Positions 27,359 to 41,820 of a DNA stretch of 64,000 nucleotides are shown piece after piece. Both the position numbers and the translations under genes were made by a program. The DNA is taken from contig OX597836.1 in the NCBI GenBank assembly GCA_951406725.2, positions 17,980,001-18,044,000 of the forward strand, given 5' to 3'. The stretch comes from Octopus vulgaris (taxonomy: Eukaryota). The notes under the pieces are model-generated. The model made no database searches. It was not told the origin of the DNA and saw only the letters and a program-made list of their open reading frames with translations. Positions within the stretch are counted from its first letter, which is position 1. The number at the start of each line of letters is the position of its first letter.

Positions 27359-27548
27359 ATTGTTTAACTTGACAGGCTATATGCCCAAGGAGAATGGAAA
27401 TATTAGGTTTCGAATCTGAACCAAGGTGAGACTACTATTACAGATGTGCTGTTTTTAATATCATTTTCACAAATCAAGAGACAAAAATTCAATTTTATAT
27501 GTAGAAATATGTATATATTTGAACGTATGTATATATGTATGTATATGT

Positions 27549-27748
27549 GACCGCGTGTGTACCGTTGGCGATTTTTTTCCCTCTGTCTTCCCTTCTCTGG
27601 ATCTTTCCTTCTCCTATGTTTCCGACGAAGAGCTCCACTGGAAACGTTAAACCCTCCTTCTTTCCCTCTTTCCTGAGCGTCCAATAATACTATATTTGTT
27701 CCACGTCCTCGCGTTGTTGTGTTTTTTTGTGCTTTCTTGTTTGGATTA

Positions 27749-27750
<2 letters not shown>
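27549..27750 (+). mobile_element. Penelope-like terminal fragment, second subfamily, with degenerate hammerhead-like motif
   Basis: gttt-CCGACGAA-gagc...-GAAA-cg-TT-aaac near 27619-27653; shares ttcctgagcgt..aatac with the 1262 family; ends in (TA)n. Confidence 0.5.
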
Positions 27751-27780
<30 letters not shown>

Positions 27781-28731
27781 AGTGTACATTTATACACGAA
27801 AAAGGTGACACCTAACAGGACACCTTACATGCTAGAAAGAACAGTCAAATTCCAAACCACGGTTAAGAGTAATTTCGAAGGGGATGAAAAATAAAAACAT
27901 TTTCAATACTTACCACTTGTACCTAGGTTTCTAACATTAATGAACAAATAGAATAATTTTGATATCTGTGTTCTTCATCAGTAAGGGTGCTAATAACATA
28001 TAATTATGGGGAAAGTAGAGAACATATGTCACATCTTTAGACATTATAAATTTTCAATTCCACCGCGCAAGCGCAGTTATAGTCGGCCGCAACTAAAAAT
28101 TCATGTGACGATATTCTTCAAAATTACTAAAATCATATTAAGAAAATATATAGGGTAGAATAATTAAAGAAATTTTCTACCAGTGGCTAGCATGCATAAA
28201 ATAGTCAATAGACAACGCGTGTAACTTTGTGTTTGTGCCATCTCTTGGCAACCGGTATTTGTGTGTTTACGTTCCTGTTACTTAGTGGTTCGGAAAAAGA
28301 GAACGATAGAATATGTACGAAGCTTTAAAATAATAAATCCTGGGGTCGATTCATTGGACTAAAAATTCTTTAAGGTGGTGCCCCAGCATGGCCACAGTCT
28401 GATGACCGAAAGAAGTAGGTGAAAGATACACACACACGCACACACACACATACACACTCACACTCATATACACACACGTATATATATCAATATACGTCCA
28501 TGTTTTACTTTCTATGATAAGCTGTGACAGTTAAATACCGAGTGAGTACGAGCGAATACCGCCAAACTATAACTGCCAATTTTCCTTATCATATAAAACT
28601 CTACTTTTATTTGACTCATTATTTCGACTTGACTTCCATGTGTCGCATAGTATTTTATTCAAAGTTTAAGATACGCTATAATATGTATATATAAGATATA
28701 ATATTATATATAAGATAATATTATATATAAG

Positions 28732-28780
<49 letters not shown>

Positions 28781-28807
28781 TGTATGTATGTATGTATGTA
28801 TGTATGT

Positions 28808-28865
<58 letters not shown>

Positions 28866-28950
28866 CAACTTGACTGCTATGTCAGATGGTGTTTTCATCT
28901 AAGTTCAAGATAGACTTATATATGTTAAACTCCGGTATGAACGCTACAAG

Positions 28951-29005
<55 letters not shown>

Positions 29006-29063
29006 GTGTATGTATGTATGTGTCTGCGCGCATATGTGTGTGTGTGTGCGTATGTCTTTGTGC

Positions 29064-29098
<35 letters not shown>

Positions 29099-29719
29099 GA
29101 GATATATGTCTATGTATGTATATAAACTTTTATTCGTAGACACACACTCAAACGTATATAAATATATACATATGCTTGGTAGCTTACTTGCTTGTACTTA
29201 TGTGTGTAAGTATATACGTAAGTATGTATATATGCATGTATGTATGTATATCTGTATGTATGTATACATGCATGTATGTAAGTATGTATGTATGTACGTG
29301 TGTATATATGTATGTATGTATGTATGTATGGATGGATGGATGGATAAGTTACATTTTTCCCTATTTTCGCTGAAATGTAAAATAAAAAAATATATTACCT
29401 GAACAAAAGTATAACATTTTGCAAATAATTCTAAAAATATCCAAATCCTTTTCTACTTAAATTTGAAATATATCATTGCTACAATTTTGTTTTTAAAGGT
29501 GCCCTCGTTGTTATCCGTATTTGCAGAATATGACCAGTATTTTTAATGTATTTAATTGAGCAGTTATAAACAACCCTTTGAAATTCTGTTGCTAGCATTT
29601 GACGCCATTGACAGACATGACTGGTAGAGGTGCAGTAATAAGTTTGTTTACAGACACGTGTTCCCGGGTACAGTTTCATTGCGTGGAACCTTGGGCAAGG
29701 GCTGAAAAAAGCTTTGTGA

Positions 29720-29740
29720 GTATGTATGTATGCATGTATG

Positions 29741-29774
<34 letters not shown>

Positions 29775-29925
29775 TGTATGTATGTTTGTATGTATGTATG
29801 TATGTATGTATGAATGTATGTATGTATGCATGTATGTATTTATGGATGTATGTATGTATGTATGTATGTATGTAAGTATGTATGTATGTATGTATGCATG
29901 TATGTATTTATGGATGTATGTATGT
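29720..29925. repeat. (TATG)n microsatellite
   Basis: Direct reading. Confidence 0.96.
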
Positions 29926-30350
29926 ATCTATCTAGCTATCGAACTATCTATATATCTATGTATATATATATATGTGTGTGTGTGAGTGTATGTGTGTGTG
30001 TGTGTGTGTATGTGTGTGTGTGTGTGTGTATGTGTGTGTGTGTAGGCATAATGCGGTGCTCCAGCATGGCCGAAATCAAATGACTGAAACAAGAAACAAA
30101 AGAAAGAATATATATAGAAGGATGACCAAAACTCACCAGACAGTATATCGAAACCACTAAATACACTCAAGATTTATTTACGTTTAACAACTGAAAGAAT
30201 TTAATACAAGCATCTAAATATCAAAACATCATGAAAATTGTTCAAACTGAAGTCGTTCTTGAGCGACACATTTTCCCAAATGAATAAATAAAATTGAATA
30301 TTAAGTATTTATGGAATTTTGATTTGCTATCGAGTGACGTTTGGCCAACC

Positions 30351-30395
<45 letters not shown>

Positions 30396-30462
30396 CATAT
30401 ATATATGTATATGTATGATATATGTATGTAGTTATGTATATATATATACATACATATATATA

Positions 30463-30504
<42 letters not shown>

Positions 30505-30506
<2 letters not shown>

Positions 30507-31175
30507 CGCAAGAGTGCTATGAGTGCAGCAGTGGTCGTGTGGTAAGTTGCTTGATTACCAACCACGTGGTTCCAGGTTCACTCCCACTACGTGGCACCTT
30601 AGGCAAGTGTCTTATACTATAACTTCGGACTGACGAAAGCCTTGTGAGTGGACTTGGTAGACGGAAACTGAAAGAAGCCCGGCGTATATATATGTGTATA
30701 TGAGTGTTTGTGTGCCTATGTTTGTCCCCCCCAACATCGCTTGATAACCGTTGCTGGTGTGTTTACGTCCCCGTAACATAGTGGTTCGGCAAAAGATACC
30801 GGTAGAACGAAGTACTAGGTTTACAAAGAATAAGTCTTGAGGTTGATTTTTTCGACTAAAGGTGGTGTTCCAGCATGGCCGCAATAAGCTGACTAAAACA
30901 AATAAAATAATAGAAGAATAAATAAATATATATGTGTGTGTGTGTGTGTGTGGTTGTGCTTGTGTTTGTCCTCCACTACCGCTTGGCGACCGCTATCGGT
31001 TTGTTTACGTCCCCGTAATTTCGAGTTTCGCCAAAAAGATGTTGATAGAATACGTACAAGTCTATAAAAAATTAGTACTCTCTCGATTCGTTCGACTAAA
31101 ATCCTACCAGCAATGCCGTAGTCCTCCCAGCAATGCTCCAGCATTGCCGCAATCTAATGAGCGAAACAAATAAAA
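30505..31175 (+). mobile_element. SINE family A full copy (to ~30905) followed by a second 3' half
   Basis: Matches 52359-52816 throughout. Confidence 0.88.
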
Positions 31176-31768
31176 GGCAGAAGGTAAATATATTTCTATC
31201 TACCTGCAAATGATTAAAAGCGGCTCTCTACTTCTTCCCTCATCTTTCCCTTCTATTGAAACGCAAATACTGCAAGCTCTCCATATTCATTGGAGGGCAA
31301 GAATTGTCACAACCATAATACAATTTAACCGCTTCCATCGACCGGAGAAACAGCTGAGAAGAAATGTAATAATATAATGACACTAGTACACATCCCCAAT
31401 GACAGGACCAATAGTCTTCAATTGACCCGAGAATTATCGAGATGTATTAAATTTAAATTGAACTCAATGATAATCTAAACTTGCCAAAACCGGATCTGAG
31501 CCGTCAAAAGGATCTAAGAAAGATTTTGTCAAACTTTACTTAAGAAGCTTACATGGTTCTATTCCAAAGAGAATTGGCAACGTTATCGTTTCGAATAACA
31601 AGGCAAGGAAGAAGATCAACTTGGTAATTCAAGTGTTTGTCATGAAAACTTTTAGATTCTTCAGTTCAAACAAACGTAACGACGTCTATTGCTGCGGCGG
31701 TCATGTTTGTTTATAGACATTTGGCAGGTTATAGTATTAAACATCACCTATATATCTACTCACACACC

Positions 31769-31803
<35 letters not shown>

Positions 31804-31847
31804 CATAAGCATATATGTCTATATACATATACACATACATTCATATA

Positions 31848-31924
<77 letters not shown>

Positions 31925-32748
31925 GTATATATATATATGTATATACATGAATATATACATATATGTGTATATATATAAATGAATATATATATGTATATAT
32001 ATATATATATGTATATATATATTTATATATATATATATATTTATATATATATACATATATTTATATTCATTTATAAATATATATGTATATATATATAATG
32101 AGAGGGAGAGAGAGACAGAGAAGTCGAATGAACTGACATATACCATATTTACAACAAAGGTTTATGAAACTGGCGCATGAATGCATCGCCCCAGCATGGC
32201 CGCGTTCCCATGAGTGGAACAGTAAAAATGTGATAGCATTAAATGAGTGACTGAGAGAGAGAAAGAGACAGAGAGAGAATGAAAGAGACGCAGAGAGAGA
32301 GGGGGAATCTAAGTGTATTGTGGCACGCAATCAGCTTCAGCTGTTTCATCACAGCACTTGCAGTATATAAATATATATTTAGGAAGAGAGAGAAAGGGTG
32401 AGGGAGAGAGAGAGAGAAAAGAGAGGAGGCGGAAAAGGGATGAGGATGATGGAAAGAGAGAATGGTTTAAAAACTTCTAAAAGAGTTGTGTTCAAAACTT
32501 TTAGTTCTTGCAGCTTGGCAGAATATATCACTATACATACAAAAAATATACACAAAACTCATTTAGACATTTAACTATACTTTCTGCCCTTCACTCCCAT
32601 CACTCTGCCTTACATTCTTTTGTCTCTCTCTCTCTCTCTCTCTCTCTGTTTTCTCTCTATCTCTCTTTCTACCTATATATACATATACATACATACATAC
32701 ATACATATACATACATACATACATACATACATACATCCATACATACAT

Positions 32749-32924
<176 letters not shown>

Positions 32925-33037
32925 TATATGGCCTGCTCGCTTAGCCAGCGGGGTGGCATCGTTCGAAGGCTAAAACAATGCAAATGCATTGTGACCAGCG
33001 ATGTGTAGCAACATCTGATGGTCTGGTCAGTCACGTG

Positions 33038-33089
<52 letters not shown>

Positions 33090-33094
<5 letters not shown>

Positions 33095-33265
33095 GGAGAG
33101 TTTACGAAAAAAACAAAAGACGAACACAGGTGGTGTACAAAACAAACAGATGTATTAGTATAACGCTCAGGAATAGCAAAAGTCTTTTACGTTTCGAGCC
33201 TAGGCTCTTCTACAGAAAGGGACACAGAAAAAACAAGGAGACAAAAAAATGTGTGTATTGGCTAA
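33090..33265 (-). mobile_element. Penelope-like terminal fragment (1262 family)
   Basis: Reverse complement of 1262-1437; motif cctttctgtagaagagcctaggctcgaaacgtaaaag at 33184-33220. Confidence 0.6.
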
Positions 33266-34137
33266 CTTGTAATTCTTTTTTAAATAAATTTATTTACATA
33301 CATACAAAACTAGCTTCAACAATTTTTTGTTTATCAATGTTATAACCGTATAGGATTTACAAAAAAAAATTTAATTGTGAAGTAGAAAACATATTTAAAT
33401 GATTAAATGTTCACAAAATTGACCGGCGAAGAATATGTGGATCATCAAACGTTTGGTCATACTGAGTTAAGAGTGAGAAAAATAAGAAAAGATTGTGTGA
33501 CTCGATTTTCCGTCACGTACACGGTTTTACGCTTGTAACGGAGTGTTTTGGTATCGGTGTATTTATAGGTTTTCCCGTTAACGGATCTAATCTTTGATTC
33601 GTTATAATTCTGATTACGTCTTATTATTTCTGGTGGTCAGGCTTAGCGTTCTTCCTGGTCTACTTCCCTTTAGGGAATGGTCATCGACCGTTCATGATGG
33701 TTGATTCTCTTAAAGGGTCAGTTTGTTTGTTTTCTTTTTCCTCGAGGGTCCAGTTCTGGTCGGAAGTAAAATTTGCTTGGTGTAGACCAAGGATCGGCAA
33801 CTTTTCGTCAACTGGGGGCCGCATCGTACCATTTCCATGTGAGAGAGGGTCGCCTGATAAAACACGTATGCATGAAATATTACTTGCCCACTTCACACTG
33901 AATCTTTTGCAGTTCTTCTTAATTCAATTTGTCTTATTATGAAAGATTTCATTAAGTTGCCATCTCTTTCATTATTTCCTAATAATAATAATAATGATAT
34001 GCTCAATAATTGGTAAATTTGAGAAAAACTCTCCTTCCCTCTCCACTCCTCCTTCTCTTTCCCCTCTTCCTATCTCCCTCCTGTTCCTGCTCCTTCTCTT
34101 GTTCATCTTCACCACCCTTCTTCTTCCTCTCCTCCTG

Positions 34138-34490
34138 CTTCTTCTTCTTCTTCTTCTTCTTCTTCTTCTTCGTCTTCTTTTTCTCCTCCTCCTTCTTCTT
34201 CTTCTTCTTCTTCTTCTTCTTCTTCGTCTTCTTGTTCCTCTCCTCCTGCTTCTTCTTCTTCTTCTTCTTCTTCGTCTTCTTTTTCTTCTTCTTCTTCTTC
34301 TTTTTCTTCTTCTTTTTCTTCTTCTTCTTCTTCGTCTTCTTTTTCTTCTTCTTCTTCTTCTTCTTCTTCTTCTTCTTCTTCTTCTTCTTCTTCTTCTACT
34401 TCCTCTTCATCCACCTCATCCTCCCACTCCCTCTTCCTCCTCCGCTTCTTCTTCTTCTTCTTCTTCTTCTTCTTCTTCTTCTTCTTCTTC
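34138..34490. repeat. (CTT)n polypyrimidine microsatellite
   Basis: Direct reading. Confidence 0.97.
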
Positions 34491-34931
34491 TGTCACCTTC
34501 GCCGAGGTTTATAGCTGTTGGTAATGACGATGATAATGCTGAAGAGGACAACGATGACGATGCTGATGCTGATGATGACGATAACGATCATGAAGACGAC
34601 GATAGTCATGATGATGATGGTGCATTCCATGTTGGTTTTTAGTTATTCAGTCTTAGTGTATTTTGGACAACATTATACCCATTGCCATTGTCAACTTTCG
34701 GTAAAATCTATAAGAATGATGACGATGACGACGATGTGGATGGCAGTGACGGTTATGGTGGTGATGTGGTTGTTGCTGCATTGTTGGTGGTGGTGGTGGT
34801 GCTGGTGACGGTTTTGGTGATAGCGAGGCTTTTTTCTGGGGGTGTTACTTTTGTGAAGAAGCAAAAAAAAAAGGCCCTTTTTGGTTATACCCGAGGCAAT
34901 CGAACAATACGAAGCCAAGCAGTTATAAAGA

Positions 34932-34950
34932 AATAATAATAATAAAGATG

Positions 34951-35041
<91 letters not shown>

Positions 35042-35066
35042 AATAATAATAATAACAATGATAATG

Positions 35067-35138
<72 letters not shown>

Positions 35139-35170
35139 GTGATAATAATAATAATAATAATAATAACAAC

Positions 35171-35205
<35 letters not shown>

Positions 35206-35207
35206 TG

Positions 35208-35244
<37 letters not shown>

Positions 35245-35276
35245 CAATAATAATAATAATAATAATGATAATAATA

Positions 35277-35319
<43 letters not shown>

Positions 35320-35357
35320 TAATAATAATGATGATAATAATAATAATAATAATAATG

Positions 35358-35415
<58 letters not shown>

Positions 35416-35449
35416 TAATAATAATAATAATAATAATGATAATAATAAT

Positions 35450-35483
<34 letters not shown>

Positions 35484-35524
35484 GCAACAGCAGCAGAAGC
35501 AGTAGTAGTAGAAGTAGAATTAAC

Positions 35525-35594
<70 letters not shown>

Positions 35595-35595
35595 A
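34932..35595. repeat. (AAT)n ~550 bp followed by (TAG)n
   Basis: Direct reading. Confidence 0.97.
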
Positions 35596-36001
35596 TCTCT
35601 CCATTCTCTCCATTGCGAAATTGAAGCAGTGGACAATTTGTTTTTATTATGAAATATGTTTTTCTTAAATTCAGGTCTTAGAATACATGGTTTTTTTTTC
35701 CTTCTCAAAATACAAATAATGAGATTTGCCGCATAGCAGGAGACTGTCTTAGTCTGTTCACGTCTCTGACTCGCTACGACTCTGTTATTCAAGTAAAATG
35801 TAAGTAAAAAATGTTTGACGCAGACCAAATTTTGTGGCATCGACACATCCAAAGAAATAGTCATAACTGCATTAACGCAATAGAACCCGTTTTAACAATA
35901 TGTTGCGAAAAGCTGGAGAATCGTTAAGACCATTTCATAGCTTGGTAGAGAAGTTGGGAAGCTATCATTTAAAAACAAATTAAAGGGCTTTTACACACAG
36001 G

Positions 36002-36032
<31 letters not shown>

Positions 36033-36584
36033 ACACACATACACACTCACACACGCGCACACACACACACACACTCACGCACGCACACACATACACACAC
36101 ACGTGTTCTGATCAATAAATATCCAGGCTGTTGCTATAGTACATTATTTACATTATTTACATTTGACGGATATTTGTTCTCATCTTGTTTGTTGTTAACA
36201 CAACGTTCCAGCCTTCTTCGGGTGTCCTGGAGAAATTTCGAACCTGCGCGTGTAAAAAAACTTTAACTAAAAGATTTTTCTACTACAAGCACAAGGCCTG
36301 CAATTTTGGCGTAAGCTGATTACATCGATGCCAGTGTGCAGATACTATTTAATTTATCGACCTCAAAAAGGACGAAAGGCAAATCTACTCGGTGGAATGG
36401 GAAATCAGGACGTATCGACTGACAAAATGCCGATATTGGCATTTTGTCCAACGTGTTATCGAATCTGCCAGCTTGTCGTCCTAATGATAACAACAACAGC
36501 ATCAACAACAACAACAACAATAATAATAAGAAGAAGAATAAGAAGAATAAGAATAAGAATAATAAAAATAACAATAACAACAAC

Positions 36585-36638
<54 letters not shown>

Positions 36639-36883
36639 TCATATGCTACGCAAAATACTTTCTATGTAATCTCAAGTTTTAAAACAAACATGATTTTCGT
36701 ATGGCTTTTTTAGACATTCACTAGTACAACACTAAATACAAAACCAAATATATGGCACACTAGGCATAAGAACAACATGAACGTCCAACCTGTTGTCTCT
36801 TGAGGTCTTTGGGTGAGACTTGGAGCCAACTTGTAAAAATGTAAAGCAAAAGTCAAACATAGATTAATAATAATAATATTATT

Positions 36884-36948
<65 letters not shown>

Positions 36949-36980
36949 TAATAAAAATAACAATAACAATAATAATAATC

Positions 36981-37045
<65 letters not shown>

Positions 37046-37270
37046 TCATATCCTACGCAAAATACTTTCTATGTAATCTCAAGTTTTAAAACAAACATGA
37101 TTTTCGTATGGCTTTTTTTAGACATTCACTAGTACAACACTAAATACAAAACCAAATATATGGCACACTAGGCATAAGAACAACATGAACGTCCAACCTG
37201 TTGTCTCTTGAGGTCTTTGGGTGAGACTTGGAGCCAACTTGTAAAAATGTAAAGCAAAAGTCAAACATAG
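36639..37270 (+). mobile_element. Two tandem near-identical 3' ends of an R4/Dong-like LINE in (TAA)n
   Basis: 36639-36862 and 37046-37270 encode H(M/I)LRKILSM* plus a 3'UTR homologous to 49033-49226; flanked by (TAA)n. Confidence 0.8.
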
Positions 37271-37285
37271 ATTAATAATAATAAT

Positions 37286-37395
<110 letters not shown>

Positions 37396-37648
37396 TGGTT
37401 TCAAAATTTGGCATAAGGCCAGGAAGTTCAGGGGAGAGGTTAAGTCGATTATATCGATCCAAGTACTGAACTAGTACTTGGTCCTGCTATGCGGCAAATC
37501 TCATTTAATCCACACTCGAAAGCATGAAAGGCAAATTCAACCTCGGCCGAATTTGAACTCACAACTAATAGACGGACTAAATTCCGCTAAGCACTTTATC
37601 CAGTATGCTAATGTTTCTGCCAGCTCACCACATTGAATAACAACAGCA

Positions 37649-37702
<54 letters not shown>

Positions 37703-37724
37703 GCTACTGCTGCTGCTGCTGCTG

Positions 37725-37765
<41 letters not shown>

Positions 37766-37786
37766 CCCACTACTACTAATACTACC

Positions 37787-38186
<400 letters not shown>

Positions 38187-38299
38187 TAATAATAATAATA
38201 ATAATAATGATAATAATTTCTTTATTTAAGTATTAAGGGTTAGGTTACTAGGGCAACTTATAAGGGACACCAATGAACAAGCACTGCCTACAATGACAT

Positions 38300-39990
38300 T
38301 CTAATAACAATTCTCGTTTAACCAAGTCATGCTCACTGACAGAACAAAAGACGTCACTGCAATAATTAGCCGATTCAGAGATTTTAAATGAATAAGGAGA
38401 AACCAAAACGAGGACGAAAAATATACAAATCCACATGGAAACAATTAAATAAATTACCCAACTATAACACAGAAGCGAATACCGTTGACTTCACCTTATT
38501 ATTAAGGGTCAATCCACGTCTTTATTGAACAGAATGAAAGTACACATCACAATGGATTAACAGGGGAATTATTTAATAAGGAAAAGACAGAAAAAATGAG
38601 AAACGGCCATAAGATAATCGATAATCATGGATAAAGGGAAATCCTTAGCCAAACAAGAAACAAACAAACATGGCGGAAAAATAATAGTTCAGTAGGATAA
38701 TACCTTGCGAGCAAGTCTTTTCTCGGAACTAAATCCAAGAAACATCAACAGGCTAAATGATTTAATCTGCTCAGTAACCATGGTGAAATCAGTGGAAATC
38801 GGATTCGATTCTCATAGAGTATGATCCTCCTCAGGCAGAGAACCAGAAAGAAATGTTGTAAAGAAATATGCAATAATATTGTAAATAAACTACAAAAAAC
38901 AATAGGAAATATCGCATGCATTTCATAGCAATTCAAAAGGACAGAGGTTCGATATGAGTGTCAGAGAGTATTAAAGCAATTACTGAAAGAGAAAAAATAA
39001 ATAAATAAGATGATTATAACAGACGACGTATTACAAATGAAAGGAAGATTTAAACAAATGATCTTATTAAAGTAATGTCGTAAAATGATTACTTCAAAAG
39101 TGTAATCGCTTCTTTCGATATAAATTCTTTGAAAAAATATAACTCCCCTATAGTGATGCGAATAAAGTAAGATAAAAAGAAATGACTAAGCACACGATCA
39201 CGCATCAAAGGGAACAGAAGGGTAGACATACTGGCAGAAAATATAGATAAAAAATATTGTCTACATAGCATTCTAATTGATTGGAGAGGATTAGGATTAT
39301 GCTGCTAATGACTCCGCAAATATAGTCCGACAAATCCTGCAAAGAAATTCAGTAACGTCTTGGAGATTGATGCCAGCGAGTGGAAAGTTTTTGAAACGGT
39401 TGGAGTCCCAAAATGTCTGGCTAAAGTATTTAACTAATATTCATAAATGTGTAGCAACTGCATTTAAGGAATTACTAAGAAAACAAAGCACTGGATGCTA
39501 GAAGAGAAAACAATATTGATTCCAAAACAAACACAAAACTATCCATTTGATAGAATAAAAATCTGTTTATCAAGAATATACACAAGACTTACAGCTTTAT
39601 ATATTATGTAACAACAGACTTAGCTGTTCATTTTGGACGTAAAGAACATCGTAACCGTGAAACCAAAGAATGTGTAAAATGGATGTATTGTTGTTTTTGT
39701 TGTTGTTACTGTTGTTGTTCCGAAGAATTATTGGTGAGCAGACAATTATCGAAGACAGCAAGAATAGAAGTAATAAAACATGGATTGATTAGAGAAAATT
39801 CTTTAACAGCTGACCACACTCACAGCTCTTTCAGTCAAAGGAATGCTAGTTTTTAAGACAGTTATTCAACCATGCCATGCTGAAATGGAAATAACAGAGC
39901 AAGATTGCTAAAATCAAGTTTGTCTTCATAAAAAATAGAATTTTTCGGAGAGATTCTTCGTCTTTTCTCTTCTTTTAGTTCTTAAAACAA
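38300..39990 (+). pseudogene. Decayed R4/Dong-like LINE ORF (N-terminal region plus reverse transcriptase)
   Basis: Frameshifted motifs: WLKYLTNIH, W...KTILIPK, ICLSRIY..LT, WID..K.F.S.PHS, and RIF.RDS.S..F (cf. GIFQGDSLSPLLF); boundaries approximate. Confidence 0.6.
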
Positions 39991-40644
39991 TTGCTGAACG
40001 AAAACAAACAATGGTTATAGGTGAAGTCTTTGCACAAACGCTCGATCCAGTAGGTGCATAGTGTCCCTAAATCCTCACATTAACTACCCATTCATCCATC
40101 TATCCATCCATCCATCTATTTTATTCGTGGAGGTGAGTCCTCAAGCACCTCCCCCATACGATCCTATCAGAAGCAACCATCATTACACTTACCAGATTCC
40201 CTGGTGTGGGCAACTGAGATTATAATTATTCACCAACCAGCTCGCTTTTGGTCTCTTGTAGCTTGACTCGGTTTGAGGGAGTTGTCTTACGATTCTTTAC
40301 TGTGACATTCTAATAACGTGTCTGTACTGCCGGAGCCTTAACCTCCCAACGTGGAGAAGCAGGCAATCAACACAGAAAGATTCCTTGATCATCGAGTAAC
40401 GAACCTTGTCAAGTAACGTTGCATCAGAGAACCTTCGGGGGAACTATATTGCGTCTCTTTGTATTCGCGATCTTACCCAACATTCATGCTCATATATGCG
40501 GTTAGGCATACCATGTTGCCTTTTAAATGTAGATCTTTTTAAAATATACTGTCTAGATAAAATATAGGATATTCATGGCTAGGATGTCTTTGATTGCAAC
40601 TGCACTGCACTAGGTTATTGTTTATCCGAGGTTATATTACAATA

Positions 40645-41060
40645 ATGGTTTCAAATTTTAGCCCAAGGCTAGCAATTTCGGGGAGCGGTAAGCCGATTAC
40701 ATCGACTCCAGTACTCAACTGGTATTTATTTTACTGGCCCCGAAATGATGAAAGGTAAAGTCGACCTCGGTGGAATTTGAAATCAGAACATAAAGAAGAA
40801 GAAATACTGCCATCACGCCGCCTGAGGTTATATTATAATAATCCTTTTAAATATCGGCACAAGGCCTAAAATTTTCGCGTTAGGGAACTAGTCGATTACA
40901 TCGACACCAGTGCTCAGCTGGTACTTATTTTATTTCCCCCACCGAAAGAATGAAAGGCAAAGTCCACCTTGGTGACATTTGAGTTCAGAATGTAAAGACG
41001 GAAGAAATGCCGGCAGGCATTTTGTCTGGCATAGTAACGTTTCCAGTAGCTCACCGCCTT
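40645..41060 (-). mobile_element. Two SINE family B copies
   Basis: gatgaaaggtaaagtcgacctcggtggaatttga and related motifs. Confidence 0.8.
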
Positions 41061-41166
41061 GAAGGTTATATAAAAATGATAATAACAACGATATTATGGA
41101 CTAATTAAAACTATTTGTTCAATGAAACGATTTAAAACAGCAATATGAAAAGAAAGAAACGATTAC

Positions 41167-41193
41167 CTATGCTCCGACAAGCAGGTGGGCAAT
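41167..41193 (-). CDS. Candidate 27-nt symmetric micro-exon ((D)CPPACRSI(G))
   Basis: Long polypyrimidine tract ending ctcccaag|, donor AG|gtaatc, phase 1-1. Confidence 0.2.
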   Translation of the reverse strand: MAHLLVGA

Positions 41194-41715
41194 CTTGGGA
41201 GACAATAACAACAAAGAAGCGAGAAAACAACTAAAAAGTATATATTAGGCAAATGATTAGAGAAAGGTGCCGAAGGTAGACTAAGAAGAAATAATTGCAT
41301 TAAAATTGTTAACATATAATTGCACTGAGACATCTGGAGCAAAACCAGCACAAAATGTAATTGGAAATAGATTGCAGTAATGCGATATAACAGACTCTAA
41401 TAAAACGAGAAGGAAAAATTTAAAGTAATTGTGTTGCAGAGGAGCTGGATCTCTGATCGACATTGGATCTTAACATAAGCAACAAAATAATAAGTGTAGA
41501 TACACTAGTTATCGCGGCCGTAAAACTACAAATGCGACATAATGCATTAGTTCTGCAATTAATTACAGATCTCAGATAGAAGATCTGTTAGAAGGATTAC
41601 TCGGTTAGTCGGTACATTCTGAGCTCAGCAATACATGTTCGATACAGATCTGAAAGAAACTGCACCGCACTGTAACGAAGCGAAATAATTCATTAGTATA
41701 ATAAAGGAACAAACA

Positions 41716-41771
<56 letters not shown>

Positions 41772-41820
41772 GAAACATGTTTCAAAAAGCAAATAGAAAC
41801 TACACAAGGAAAAGAAAGAT

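Noticed and set aside
31250-31620. Short PLE-like (QILQALHI) and Tc1-like (SIPKRIGNVI) peptide echoes
   Set aside because: Too short to support an element call
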